Shown: in pieces, positions 31,337 through 40,578 of the stretch
Numbering within the stretch: the stretch's first letter is position 1
Layout of the letters: each line of letters opens with the position of its first letter
Assembly (NCBI GenBank): GCA_963773065.1
Contig: CAVYZN010000016.1
Location: forward strand, 80,904 to 144,903
Origin: an uncultured Gammaproteobacteria bacterium
GTDB lineage: Bacteria; Pseudomonadota; Gammaproteobacteria; UBA9214
Direction: 5' to 3'
Length of the DNA: 64,000 nucleotides
Notes under the pieces: generated by a model
Databases searched by the model: none
What the model was told of the DNA's origin: nothing
Seen by the model: only the letters and a program-made list of their open reading frames with translations
Position numbers and translations under genes: made by a program

Positions 31337-32483
31337 ATGGCTGGTGATCAGGGGTTTGTGCAAAAGCTGCCGAAGGCCCTGCCGGGCCTGGCGCTGATAG
31401 TCATCACCATGGTGGTGATCCGCTTGTGGATCGAGCCGTGGATGAGCGAAGCGGTGGTGCTCGGCCAGAAGGGCTGGCTGGTCAAAGTCACGCACCTGAA
31501 CTACATCCTGCTCGGCATCATCATGGGCGCGCTCTACCGCAACGTCATTTTCGGAGGCAGGCTGCCGGGGGTGCTCGTGGACGGTTTCCGCTTGTCGCGC
31601 CTGATGATCAAGACCGGGATCATCCTGCTGGGGTCGCTGTACACCGTGCAGGCGATCGTCAAGCTCGGCGCGATGGCGATCTTTCTCATCGGCGGCTTCG
31701 TCGCGCTCTCGATCGTCATGGTGCTGTGGCTCGGACGAGCTGTTCTCCATGGACCGCTCCATGACCGGTGTGCTGGCCAACGCCTGCGGCATCTGCGGCG
31801 TGAGCGCGGCGGTGGCGACGGCGCCGGCGGTGGAAGCGAAAGCGGCGCAGGTCGCCTATGCCATCGCCACGATACTCGGCTTCGGCATCCTGACCATGTT
31901 CATCAGCCCGTTCATCGGCCACGCGCTGCAGATGACCGATCTGCAATACGGCGCCTGGATCGGCACCGGCATACTCAATTCCGGCCAGGTGCTCGCCGCG
32001 GCGCTCGCTTTCAATCCCAATGTGGCCCCCGGGTCGGCGGTGTCGGTGGCGGAGATCTGGAACATCATGCGCGTGATCTCGATTCCGTTCGCCGTGTTCG
32101 GCGTCACCGTGTGGTACTGGGCGGGCCAGGCGGCGCATCTGCGGGGCGCGCAGCAGAAGACCCTGGGCACGCTGCTGGTGGAGAAGTTTCCCGTGTTCGT
32201 CATCGGATTCATGGTCATGGTCCTGCTGACCAGCGTGGGGGCTTTCGGGGACGTGGGAATCAAGGACGGACCGCCCGCCTCGGAGACGATCAAGATGCTG
32301 CGGGTGTGGATGACCTGGATCTTCGGTTTCGGTCTGGTCGGCCTCGGCGGCTACATCGACGTCAGGGAACTCTCCCAGGCAGGGGGATCGCCGCTGAAAG
32401 TCGGGCTCATCGTCGGTGTGACCAAGTACGTGCTGGCGCTCATCGTGGTGCTGCTGCTGCGCAATTACCTGGTTGAAATCTGA
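31337..32483 (+). CDS. YeiH-family putative sulfate exporter (frameshift near 31745)
   Basis: IKTGIILLG, ICGVSAAVATAPAV, GAWIGTGI.N.GQV.A, EKFP.FVIGF. Confidence 0.85.
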
Positions 32484-32494
32484 AGGAGACGGAC

Positions 32495-32644
32495 ATGGCA
32501 GAAGAATCGAAAATTGGCAGCGAGACCGTCGGCAGCGCCGAAAAGGGAAAAATGACGCTGTTCCGCGACGACCGCCAGGAAGATTGGGTCGCCATCGTGG
32601 TTGCCATCATCGTGGTCGCCATCGTCGTCCTGCTTAGCCGGTGA
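32495..32644 (+). CDS. 49 aa single-TM protein
   Basis: AGGAG RBS; QEDWVAIVVAIIVVAIVVLL. Confidence 0.6.
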   Translation: MAEESKIGSETVGSAEKGKMTLFRDDRQEDWVAIVVAIIVVAIVVLLSR

Positions 32645-32648
32645 GCGC

Positions 32649-33098
32649 GTGAGCCGCGGCATCGCCGTCGCGGTGGATGGTACGGAGGCGAGCCGCGCCG
32701 CCCTCGCGTATGCCATCGGCATGGCCCGGGGGCGGGCGGTTGCGCTGACCGGCGTTTTCGTCATCGACAACGGCTGGGCCGATTTCATCGGCAACGACTG
32801 GCAATCCTCGCGCAACGCCCGGCAGGGGTTTCTCGACTACGTGCTGGCCGATCAGCGGCACCACGCGCAGATGGCCCGGGAGCAGTTTGCGCGGGCCGCC
32901 GGCGGACTGCCCCGCGCCGATTTCACCGTGCTGGTGGGCACGCCGGCCGAAGCCCTGCGGGAACTCATGAAGCGCGAGGACCTGGAGGCATTGGTTGCGG
33001 GGCGACGCGTTTATCAGGCCTGCGGCCGGCCCAGCGTGTCGCGCCTTGGCCGCATACTTGCGCGCAAACTGTCGAAGCCGCTGTATCTGGTCGACTAG
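32649..33098 (+). CDS. Universal stress protein
   Basis: IAVAVDGTEASRAAL.YA; G.PAEAL; LV.GR; C-terminal KPLYLV. Confidence 0.75.
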   Translation: MSRGIAVAVDGTEASRAALAYAIGMARGRAVALTGVFVIDNGWADFIGNDWQSSRNARQGFLDYVLADQRHHAQMAREQFARAAGGLPRADFTVLVGTPAEALRELMKREDLEALVAGRRVYQACGRPSVSRLGRILARKLSKPLYLVD

Positions 33099-33234
33099 TC
33101 GAAGTCGACGGGTAGCCACGATGCGTTGACGTTCTCGCTTCGTGCGGAAAGGGGATTTAGCTGTAGTCATCCGCATCCGATTTGACAGACAGTGTCAGAT
33201 CTGGGGTGAGTGGGTTTCAGAAAAGGCGGTAAAG

Positions 33235-33492
33235 ATGAAAAAGCATCATCAAGTTGAAAACGTTCGTGTAGAGAAAGGTATTCTTAGTCTCATTGTTGAT
33301 GGCAAGAGCATTCAACGTGAACTGAAGGAGATATCCCCACTACTGGCAGCCGCAACAGAAGAAGAACAAAAAGAATTTGAGGTTTCGCCATCGGGATATG
33401 GTATTCACTGGCCGTTGATTGATGAAGACATCTCAATAGATGGTTTACTTGGTATTGTGCACAAGCCAGGCACGAGCAGAAAGAGCGCATAG
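33235..33492 (+). CDS. DUF2442 antitoxin-like protein (partner absent or remnant)
   Basis: SP.L..A...E...FEVSPSGYGIHWP.IDEDISIDGLLG. Confidence 0.8.
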   Translation: MKKHHQVENVRVEKGILSLIVDGKSIQRELKEISPLLAAATEEEQKEFEVSPSGYGIHWPLIDEDISIDGLLGIVHKPGTSRKSA

Positions 33493-33537
33493 CCAGTTAG
33501 TATCGTGGTTAAGTACGTCACGAAAGAAAAAGTAGAA

Positions 33538-33612
33538 AACGGGGACATTCTGGATAAGTGATTTCACTCCACTCTCGTGGCACCTCCCGTGATAATCCAG
33601 AATGTCCCCGTT
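33538..33612. repeat. ~75 bp IR element AACGGGGACATTCTGGAT...ATCCAGAATGTCCCCGTT, copy A
   Basis: 18 bp terminal IR; the interior matches the reverse complement of 38104-38178. Confidence 0.85.
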
Positions 33613-33964
33613 AATCCTAATGGTTGGTCGTCGCCTGTGAACTGCACGTAGACTTAGGGGAAAAGGGCGTCTATTCTTTTTTATACGCCGCATGAATATT
33701 TGCGGGTCCCAGGCGTTTTTACCGCTGGAAGTCGCATTGCCTGGGGCTCGTCCAGCTTCCGGGGGCAGCGTGTGAGAATTCGAGACCCACACCTGAACGC
33801 CGACTTTACAGCGTGAATAGGGTAGCGGGGATACACTGAATGATGCATGTCCGTTGATTGATTTGTCTCATTCGGACGTCTGGGTCAGTGGCTGGCACGT
33901 GAGGCGGCAATACCGTCGTTAGCTTGGTTCATATAAGAACTGGCTAACATGGAGGGTAATCCAA

Positions 33965-34723
33965 ATGTTCACCAGCAATCCGTTCGCCGACCTGACGGTT
34001 TTTCTGTCCCCTCTTGCCATGCAGGTCTACATCGTTCTGATGATCTTGGCGGTTGCCATTGGAACGCTATTCGACATGCTTCACAAAAGCAGCGCCAAAT
34101 TTTTCGTGCGGCAGTGGAAGAAATCAAAGGCTGCCGCAACGAGGAGGCTTAGCGGCGCAGATACCGCCTCCCTGGCGGCCAGGACCATTCTGAAAGAGGT
34201 TGCAACCTCCGGCGAATTCTGCAATCCGAAGAGAAGAATTTCCCATCTCCTGATGTTCTACGGCTTCCTGACGTATCTCATCACGACCATCGTGATGGTT
34301 TTCGGCTATCCGACAGAAGCCACGCCTACGCCGGCGCTCCTGCCGATCCTGTGGAACATCGGCGCGCTGATGGTTCTCATCGGTGGTTACTGGTTTTTCT
34401 TCTTCCTCAGGGTAAACGTAGCCCATGAGGGTCATTCGCCTTTCCGTCTGATGCGCGCGGATCTGTTCATCGTCAGCCTGCTGGCGAGCGTAACCTTCGC
34501 CCTCATATGGGAGCTTGTGCAGACGGCGGATAACCTTGCGGCGACCAAGATAGCCTTCGGCCTCTACATCTTCTTCACGACGCTGCTCTTTGTTTCCGTT
34601 CCCTGGTCCAAGTTCGCCCATATGTTCTACAAACCCGCAGCGGCCTTCCAGAAAAGGGTGGAGGAGGCAAACGGTTCATCCAACCTGCCGCGACCCGCTG
34701 ACGTTAACAACATAGTGAGGTAA
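33965..34723 (+). CDS. aprM: Adenylylsulfate reductase membrane anchor
   Basis: MFTSNPFA, GTLFD.LHK.SAKFF, TSGEFCN..RR.SHLL.FYGF, WSKFAHMFYKP; upstream of aprB. Confidence 0.92.
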   Translation: MFTSNPFADLTVFLSPLAMQVYIVLMILAVAIGTLFDMLHKSSAKFFVRQWKKSKAAATRRLSGADTASLAARTILKEVATSGEFCNPKRRISHLLMFYGFLTYLITTIVMVFGYPTEATPTPALLPILWNIGALMVLIGGYWFFFFLRVNVAHEGHSPFRLMRADLFIVSLLASVTFALIWELVQTADNLAATKIAFGLYIFFTTLLFVSVPWSKFAHMFYKPAAAFQKRVEEANGSSNLPRPADVNNIVR

Positions 34724-34727
34724 TCGG

Positions 34728-35184
34728 ATGCCCACCTTCGTTTACATGACGCGATGTGACGGCTGCGGACAGTGCGTGGATATCTGTCCTTCCGACATCA
34801 TGCACATAGACCGGACCTACCGGCGGGCTTACAACATCGAGCCCAATTTCTGTTGGGAGTGCTACTCGTGCGTGAAGGCATGTCCGCAGCACGCGATAGA
34901 CGTCCGAGGCTATGCGGACTTCGCTCCGCTGGGCCACAGCGTCAGGGTGCTCAGGGAAGAGGAAAAGGGAATCCATCTCCTGGAAGATAAAGTACCGGGA
35001 CGGGCGGGTGAAGGAGTTTACCTTCCCGATAAGGACCACCCCCTGGGGTTCCATAAAGTCGCCATCCGATTATGAGGCACCCGACACAAACGCTCTGAGC
35101 TCTCCGATGCTCGCGCACGAGCCCAAGGCACTCAAGGTGGCGGCGCTCCCCACGCTGCCTCCTTTCAAGAACAAACAGGTGTGA
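34728..35184 (+). CDS. aprB: Adenylylsulfate reductase beta subunit (frameshift near 34972)
   Basis: MPTFVYMTRCDGCGQCVDICPSDIM, CWECYSCVKACP, F.FPIRTTPWGSI. Confidence 0.95.
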
Positions 35185-35188
35185 TGCC

Positions 35189-37032
35189 ATGAGTCTACTA
35201 TCATCCAGAAAAACCAGGTTCGTGGATTCAGACATCCTCGTTATAGGCGGTGGTTTTGGCGGTTGCGGGGCCACTTACGAATCCAGATACTGGGCGCGGA
35301 AGCGAAGATCGTCCTCGTCGAAAAGGCGAACATCGAGCGCAGCGGTGCCGTCGCGCACGGTCTGTCGGCGATCAATTGCTATATGGGCATGCAGTGGGAC
35401 GAAAACCGGCCGGAGGACCATGTGCGCTACGCACGAAATGACCTGATGGGTCTCGTGCGCGAGGACCTGGGCTTCGACATCGCCCGGCACGTCGATGCGA
35501 CTGTGCACATGTTCGAGGAATGGGGTCTGCCGATCATGAAGGACCCGAAGACCGGCAGGTACCTGAGAGAAGGGCGCTGGCAGATCATGATTCACGGCGA
35601 GAGTTACAAGCCGATCATCGCCGAGGCCGCCAGGAAGGCTGCCACTGAAGTGTACAACCGGATCATGGTGACGCATCTGCTGATGGACAAAACGCATCCC
35701 AACCGGGTCGCCGGTGCGGTCGGCTTCAGCGTCCGGAGTGGGGATTTTTACGTCTTCCGGGCGAAAGCGGTCATCGTGGCCGCCGGCGGCGCTTCCCACA
35801 TCTTCAGGCCCAGGTCGGTCGGCGAAGGTATGGGAAGAACCTGGTACGCGCCATGGAGCAGCGCTTCGGCCTACGGGTTGCTGATACCGCTAGGCGTCAA
35901 AATGACGCAGATGGAGAACAGGATCGTGCTCGCCCGCTTCAAGGATGGCTACGGTCCGGTCGGTGCCTGGTTCCTGCTTCTCAAGGCCTATGCCACCAAC
36001 GCCTACGGGGAGAAGTATGAGGCGGCCTGGTTCGACGAGATCAAGGCTCTCGTCGGGGAGTATGCGGAGAAACAGCCGATGCCGACCTGCCTGCGAAATC
36101 ACGCGATGCTGGAGGAGATCAAGGCGGGCAAGGGACCCATCTACATGCATACCCAGGAGGTGCTCGATACCCGGGAGAAGGAGGAGATCGGCTGGGAGGA
36201 TTTCCTCGACATGACGATCGGCCAGGCGGTTGTTTGGGCATCGCAGAACATCGATCCCAAGGAAAAACCGTCCGAGTTGATTACCTCCGAGCCCTACGTC
36301 ATGGGTTCTCACGCCACCTGTTCTGGTGCCTGGGCAAGCGGACCGGAGGACTGCGCACCGGCGGACTACCAGTGGGGATACAACAGGATGATGAGCGTTG
36401 ATGGGCTCTTCGGGGCCGGGGACACGATCGGCGGTTCCGCGCACAAGTTCTCATCCGGCTCCTTTGCAGAAGGAAGGATAGCCGGAAAGTCGGCCGTCAA
36501 GTATGTCATGGATCTGACCGGGGATCCGCCGCAGGTGGACGAAACGGAGATCAAGAGGCTCGAGGAGACAATATTCAAGCCGCTGGAAAACTATGAAGTG
36601 GGTAGGAACGAGATCGTCGCCGGGACCGTGTCGCCAAGTTACCTATCTCCTCTTCAGGGCCTGCAGAGGCTGGAGAAGATCATGGATGAGTACGTTGGCG
36701 GCATCAGTACCTTTTATGTGACCAACGAACCGATGCTCAACCGGGGCCTGGAGCTTCTAACCATGCTGAAGGAGGACCTCGACCATATCGGTGCCGAGGA
36801 CCTCCACCAACTCCAGAGAGCATGGGAACTCAACCACAGGGTCTGGACTTCGGAGTCCGTGACCCGCCACACGCTCTTCAGGCAGGAAACCCGATGGCCG
36901 GGTTACTACTATCGTGGCGATTATCCGAAGCTGGATGACACCGAGTGGCATGTTTTCACCGCATCTCAGTACGACCCGAAGACGGGTGAATGGCACATGA
37001 GCAAGCTGCCCGTACACCACATCATAGACTGA
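35189..37032 (+). CDS. aprA: Adenylylsulfate reductase alpha subunit (frameshift near 35298)
   Basis: IGGGFGGCG, EKANIERSGAVAHGLSAIN, WQIMIHGESYKP, RFKDGYGPVGA, HKFSSGS, ETRWPGYYYR. Confidence 0.96.
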
Positions 37033-37233
37033 TCGGGGTGATTCAATGATACCCGAGCCCTACGGTGGAAAGCGAGTAAAACAGGCTTGGTGTGCGCAGC
37101 ACAGATTGATCTGAAATGACCCCGTTTATCTTTCCAAGGTCCACGCACTGCTACCGGTCACCGTTGTGACGTCGAATGCAGCGCGCCCGGTAGGCGCGCC
37201 GCGATCGATGACTGGATTTATCGCCCGTTCACT

Positions 37234-37698
37234 TCACAGCAGGCTGCGCAGCATCCAGGCGTTTTTCTCGTGCACCTGCATGCGCTGCGTCAGCAGGTCC
37301 GCGCTCGGTTGATCGCTCGCACGGTCCACGTCCGCAAAGACGGCGCGGGCGGTGCGCACGACCGCCTCCTGCCCCGCGACCAGTTCGCGGATCATGTCCT
37401 CGGCTTTGGGTACGCCCTGCGCCTCCTTGATCGAGCCCAGGCGTGCGAACTCCGCATAACTGCCCGGCGCCGGGAAATCCAGGGCGCGGATGCGCTCGGC
37501 GATCTCATCCACCGCCAATGCCAGCTCCGTGTACTGCGTCTCGAACATGAGGTGCAGCGTATTGAACATCGGGCCGGTGACGTTCCAGTGAAAATTGTGG
37601 GTCTTGAGATAGAGCGTGTAGCTGTCGGCGAGCAGCCGTGACAGACCCTCGGCGATGGCCGCGCGATCCTTCTCGTTGATTCCGATATTGATGTCCAT
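37234..37698 (-). CDS. dps: DNA starvation/stationary phase protection protein Dps
   Basis: [34 protein letters not shown]; HEK.AWML. Confidence 0.95.
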   Translation of the reverse strand: MDINIGINEKDRAAIAEGLSRLLADSYTLYLKTHNFHWNVTGPMFNTLHLMFETQYTELALAVDEIAERIRALDFPAPGSYAEFARLGSIKEAQGVPKAEDMIRELVAGQEAVVRTARAVFADVDRASDQPSADLLTQRMQVHEKNAWMLRSLL

Positions 37699-37755
37699 GT
37701 TGATCTCCTCTGTGGTCAGGTTAAACAAGTCTCTCGATGCCCGCGCCTCCAGCCT

Positions 37756-37998
37756 TCATGCCGCCTTGATTTCCTTGACATCAAGGCCCAGCCCCTGCGC
37801 AACTCCTTCCCCGTACGCCGCATCCGCCCTGTAGAAGTGGCGCACCTGGCGCACCTGGATTTCGCGCGGCACACCCTGCATGGCGCCGACGAGGTTGCCG
37901 ATCAGGCGCTGCTTCTCCCCGGCGTTCATGAGCCGGTACAGGTTGCCGGGCTGAACCTAGTCGTTTTTGTTGCCGGCCCACGGGTCGTAGCGACCGTC
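37756..37998 (-). pseudogene. katA: Catalase C-terminal remnant
   Basis: Minus strand reads RYD...ND*VQPGNLYRLMNAGEKQRLIGNLVGAMQGVPREIQVRQVRHFYRADAAYGEGVAQGLGL, the C-terminus of monofunctional catalases. Confidence 0.85.
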
Positions 37999-38103
37999 GG
38001 GTTACTTCTGTGATAAAGCTTAGACGTGTGCGGCGGATGCGGCTAGTTGATTGTCGGCATGGGGGCGATAGCCGCTGGCTATCGGCGCCGATGGGGAAGG
38101 AAA

Positions 38104-38178
38104 AACGGGGACATTCTGGATTATTACTGGATGAGCCACGAGCGTGGCATGAAATCATTAATCCAGAATGTCCCCGTT
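38104..38178. repeat. ~75 bp IR element, copy B (inverted relative to copy A); overlaps the oxyR 3' end
   Basis: Same terminal IR and homologous interior. Confidence 0.85.
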
Positions 38179-39105
38179 TTTTCCGAGGTAGGTGACACAG
38201 TCGAGCGCGCAGGCGCGGATCGCCTGGCGCAGCGCCTCGATCGCCTTCGGGCGCGGGAAGCTCACGCGCCAGGCGAGCGCCACGCGCCGCCGCGGCGGGT
38301 CGGCGAACGGCCGCACCAGCGTCAATTCCGACCGGTAGTGGCCCGGCCCCTCGGCCGCCGTGCACGGCAGCACGGTGATGCCCATGCCGGAGGCCACCAT
38401 GTGGCGGATGGTTTCGAGCGAACTGCCTTCGAAAGTCTTTTGCAGCCCACCCTCGACGGAGGGCGGACTGACGCAACTGGGGCAGGCCGCGACGACCTGA
38501 TCGCGGAAGCAGTGCCCGGCGCCCAGCAACAGGACGGTCTCGGAACCGAGATCGTCGGTGGTGATCGCTGCGCGCCTGCGCCAGGGATGCGCCGCCGGCG
38601 CCATGGCGACAAACGGCTCGTCGTACAACGGCAAGGTGACGACGCCCGGTTCCTCGAACGGCAGACAGGCGAGGACCACATCCAGCTCGCCTTGCAGGAG
38701 ACGCTCGCCCAGCCGCGCCGTGTAGTTCTCTTCGATGACCAGCGGCATGAGCGGCGCCGAGGCGTGCAGGACCGGCACCAGGCGCGGAAAGAGGTAAGGG
38801 CCGACGGTGTAGATCGCGCCGATGCGCAGCGGTCCGGCGAGCGGATCATGTGCCTGCCGGGCGATGCGCCTGACACCTTCCATCTCCTCGAGCACGCGGC
38901 GCGCCTGCTCGACGATGCGCTCGCCGACCGGCGTGACCGCGACCTCGGTCTTGCCGCGCTCGAACAGGGCGACGCCGAGTTCTTCTTCCAGCTTCTTCAC
39001 CGCCACGCTCAGCGTCGGCTGGCTGACGGGGCAGACCTCGGCCGCGCGTCCGAAATGACGCTCGCGCGCGAGCGCCACGATGTAGCGAAGTTCGGTAAGG
39101 GTCAT
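38158..39105 (-). CDS. oxyR: Hydrogen peroxide-inducible activator OxyR
   Basis: LysR HTH (HFGRAA..C.VSQPTLS); redox motif GHCFRDQV...CP; GSSLETIRHMVASGMG; next to kat and dps. Confidence 0.92.
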   Translation of the reverse strand: MTLTELRYIVALARERHFGRAAEVCPVSQPTLSVAVKKLEEELGVALFERGKTEVAVTPVGERIVEQARRVLEEMEGVRRIARQAHDPLAGPLRIGAIYTVGPYLFPRLVPVLHASAPLMPLVIEENYTARLGERLLQGELDVVLACLPFEEPGVVTLPLYDEPFVAMAPAAHPWRRRAAITTDDLGSETVLLLGAGHCFRDQVVAACPSCVSPPSVEGGLQKTFEGSSLETIRHMVASGMGITVLPCTAAEGPGHYRSELTLVRPFADPPRRRVALAWRVSFPRPKAIEALRQAIRACALDCVTYLGKNGDILD

Positions 39106-40030
39106 GGTGCGGTGATTCTACCGTTTATTTCCGCGAGCACACATTCACTGACGAAGCGGGTGAATTTTCTATCCGTACCGTAAATCCATGACGTTCCGTA
39201 CGCCAGCGTCTGTAAAAGGTGATCGACTTCGTGTAGCCTTCTTTGCGAAGCCGGACAGTCCCGCTTTGCTTCGGCCTGGCGCGGTAACAAGGTCGGTCAT
39301 TGGGTTGGTATTCCCCGTTGGCTCCACCTTGAAGTGCCGGCTTGAAATCTATCGAATTACCCTTTTCCCTAAAGAAGGAGTGTCCCCATGAATATCAACC
39401 TGAGCCTTACCCCGCTGGTGTCGCTGGTTGCCGGCATTCTCATTCTGGTCGTGCCGCGCTTATTGAACTACATCGTCGCCATTTATTTAATCGTCATCGG
39501 CCTGATTGGGCTGTTTGGCCACGGCAGGTTAGCGATGGCGCCTGCTCGCACGTCCGACTGACGTTTGCGCGCCAGCGCCACGATGTAGCGAAGTTCGGTG
39601 AGGGTCATGGTGCGGTGATTCTACCGTATATTTCCGCGAGCACACATGCACTGACGAAGCGGGTGAATTTTCTATCCGTACCGTAAATCCATGACGTTCG
39701 GTACGCCAGCGTCTGTAAAAGGTGATCGACTTCGTGTAGCCTTCTTTACGAAGTTGGACAGTCCCGCTTTGCTTCGGCTTGGCGCGCTAATAAGGCGGTG
39801 ATTGGGTTGGAATTACCCGATGGGCTCCACAGTGAAGCGCCGGTTTGAAATCTATCGATTTACCCTCTTCACCTAAAGAAGGAGCGTTCCCATGAATATC
39901 AACCTGAGCCTTACCCCGCTGGTGTCGCTGGTTGCCGGCATACTCATTCTGGTCGTGCCGCGCTTATTGAACTACATCGTCGCCATTTATTTAATCGTCA
40001 TCGGCCTGATTGGGCTGTTTGGCCACGGCA
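39056..40030. repeat. Tandem direct duplication (~470 bp unit, period ~503 bp) of the oxyR 5' end, promoter and DUF3096 gene
   Basis: 39056-39526 and 39559-40030 align with scattered substitutions. Confidence 0.93.
39388..39561 (+). CDS. DUF3096 small membrane protein, copy 1 (extended C-terminus)
   Basis: LTPLVSLVAGILILVVPRLLNYIVAIYLIVIGLIGL; AAGGAG RBS. Confidence 0.8.
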   Translation: MNINLSLTPLVSLVAGILILVVPRLLNYIVAIYLIVIGLIGLFGHGRLAMAPARTSD

Positions 40031-40038
40031 AGTTATAA
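39892..40038 (+). CDS. DUF3096 small membrane protein, copy 2
   Basis: Same peptide, ending GHGKL*. Confidence 0.85.
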   Translation: MNINLSLTPLVSLVAGILILVVPRLLNYIVAIYLIVIGLIGLFGHGKL

Positions 40039-40086
40039 CGATGAGCGCCCGGTCACTAGCCGTTACGCATTCAGGGGGGAAATACT

Positions 40087-40383
40087 ATGGAAGATGAAAT
40101 AAAGCAAAACCTGCGCAATCGCAAGACATGGCTGCGCGCGCTCTATATGTTGCTGTTTATGGTTATCTATGGTGTTGCCGAGTTTATCATCGCGGCCGTC
40201 GTGCTGTTCCAGTTATTCTCTGTACTGTTCACCGGCAGTACCAATGAGCGACTGTTGACGCTGGGGCAGAATCTCAGCACCTACGTTTATCAGATTGTTC
40301 TTTTTCTCACCTTTAACAGCGATGACCACCCCTATCCGCTGGGAGAATGGCCACAGGGGACGCCAACGGATACTGTCTATTGA
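40087..40383 (+). CDS. DUF4389 membrane protein
   Basis: W.R.LYMLLF, FQ....LFTG..NERL...G..LS.Y.YQI..FLTFN.D..PYP...WP. Confidence 0.82.
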   Translation: MEDEIKQNLRNRKTWLRALYMLLFMVIYGVAEFIIAAVVLFQLFSVLFTGSTNERLLTLGQNLSTYVYQIVLFLTFNSDDHPYPLGEWPQGTPTDTVY

Positions 40384-40578
40384 TGGCTGCAACCGATAAC
40401 GACGGTGAAACACCACAAGGCGCTCAACTATGGCGCGGTCTACAGCGCCACGCGCTGGTTTGACGTTACGTCCCGGAAACGAACCCTGCCGCGACATTTA
40501 TCCCGAGGAATCCCGGCATTTGTTTTGCGCTATGCGGATTTCAACCTTCAACCACCTGGTCTGGAAACAGCAGGCGTG

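Noticed and set aside
33850-33875. FNR-like box TTGAT-N4-CTCAT upstream of aprM
   Set aside because: Two mismatches in the right half-site; too weak to call
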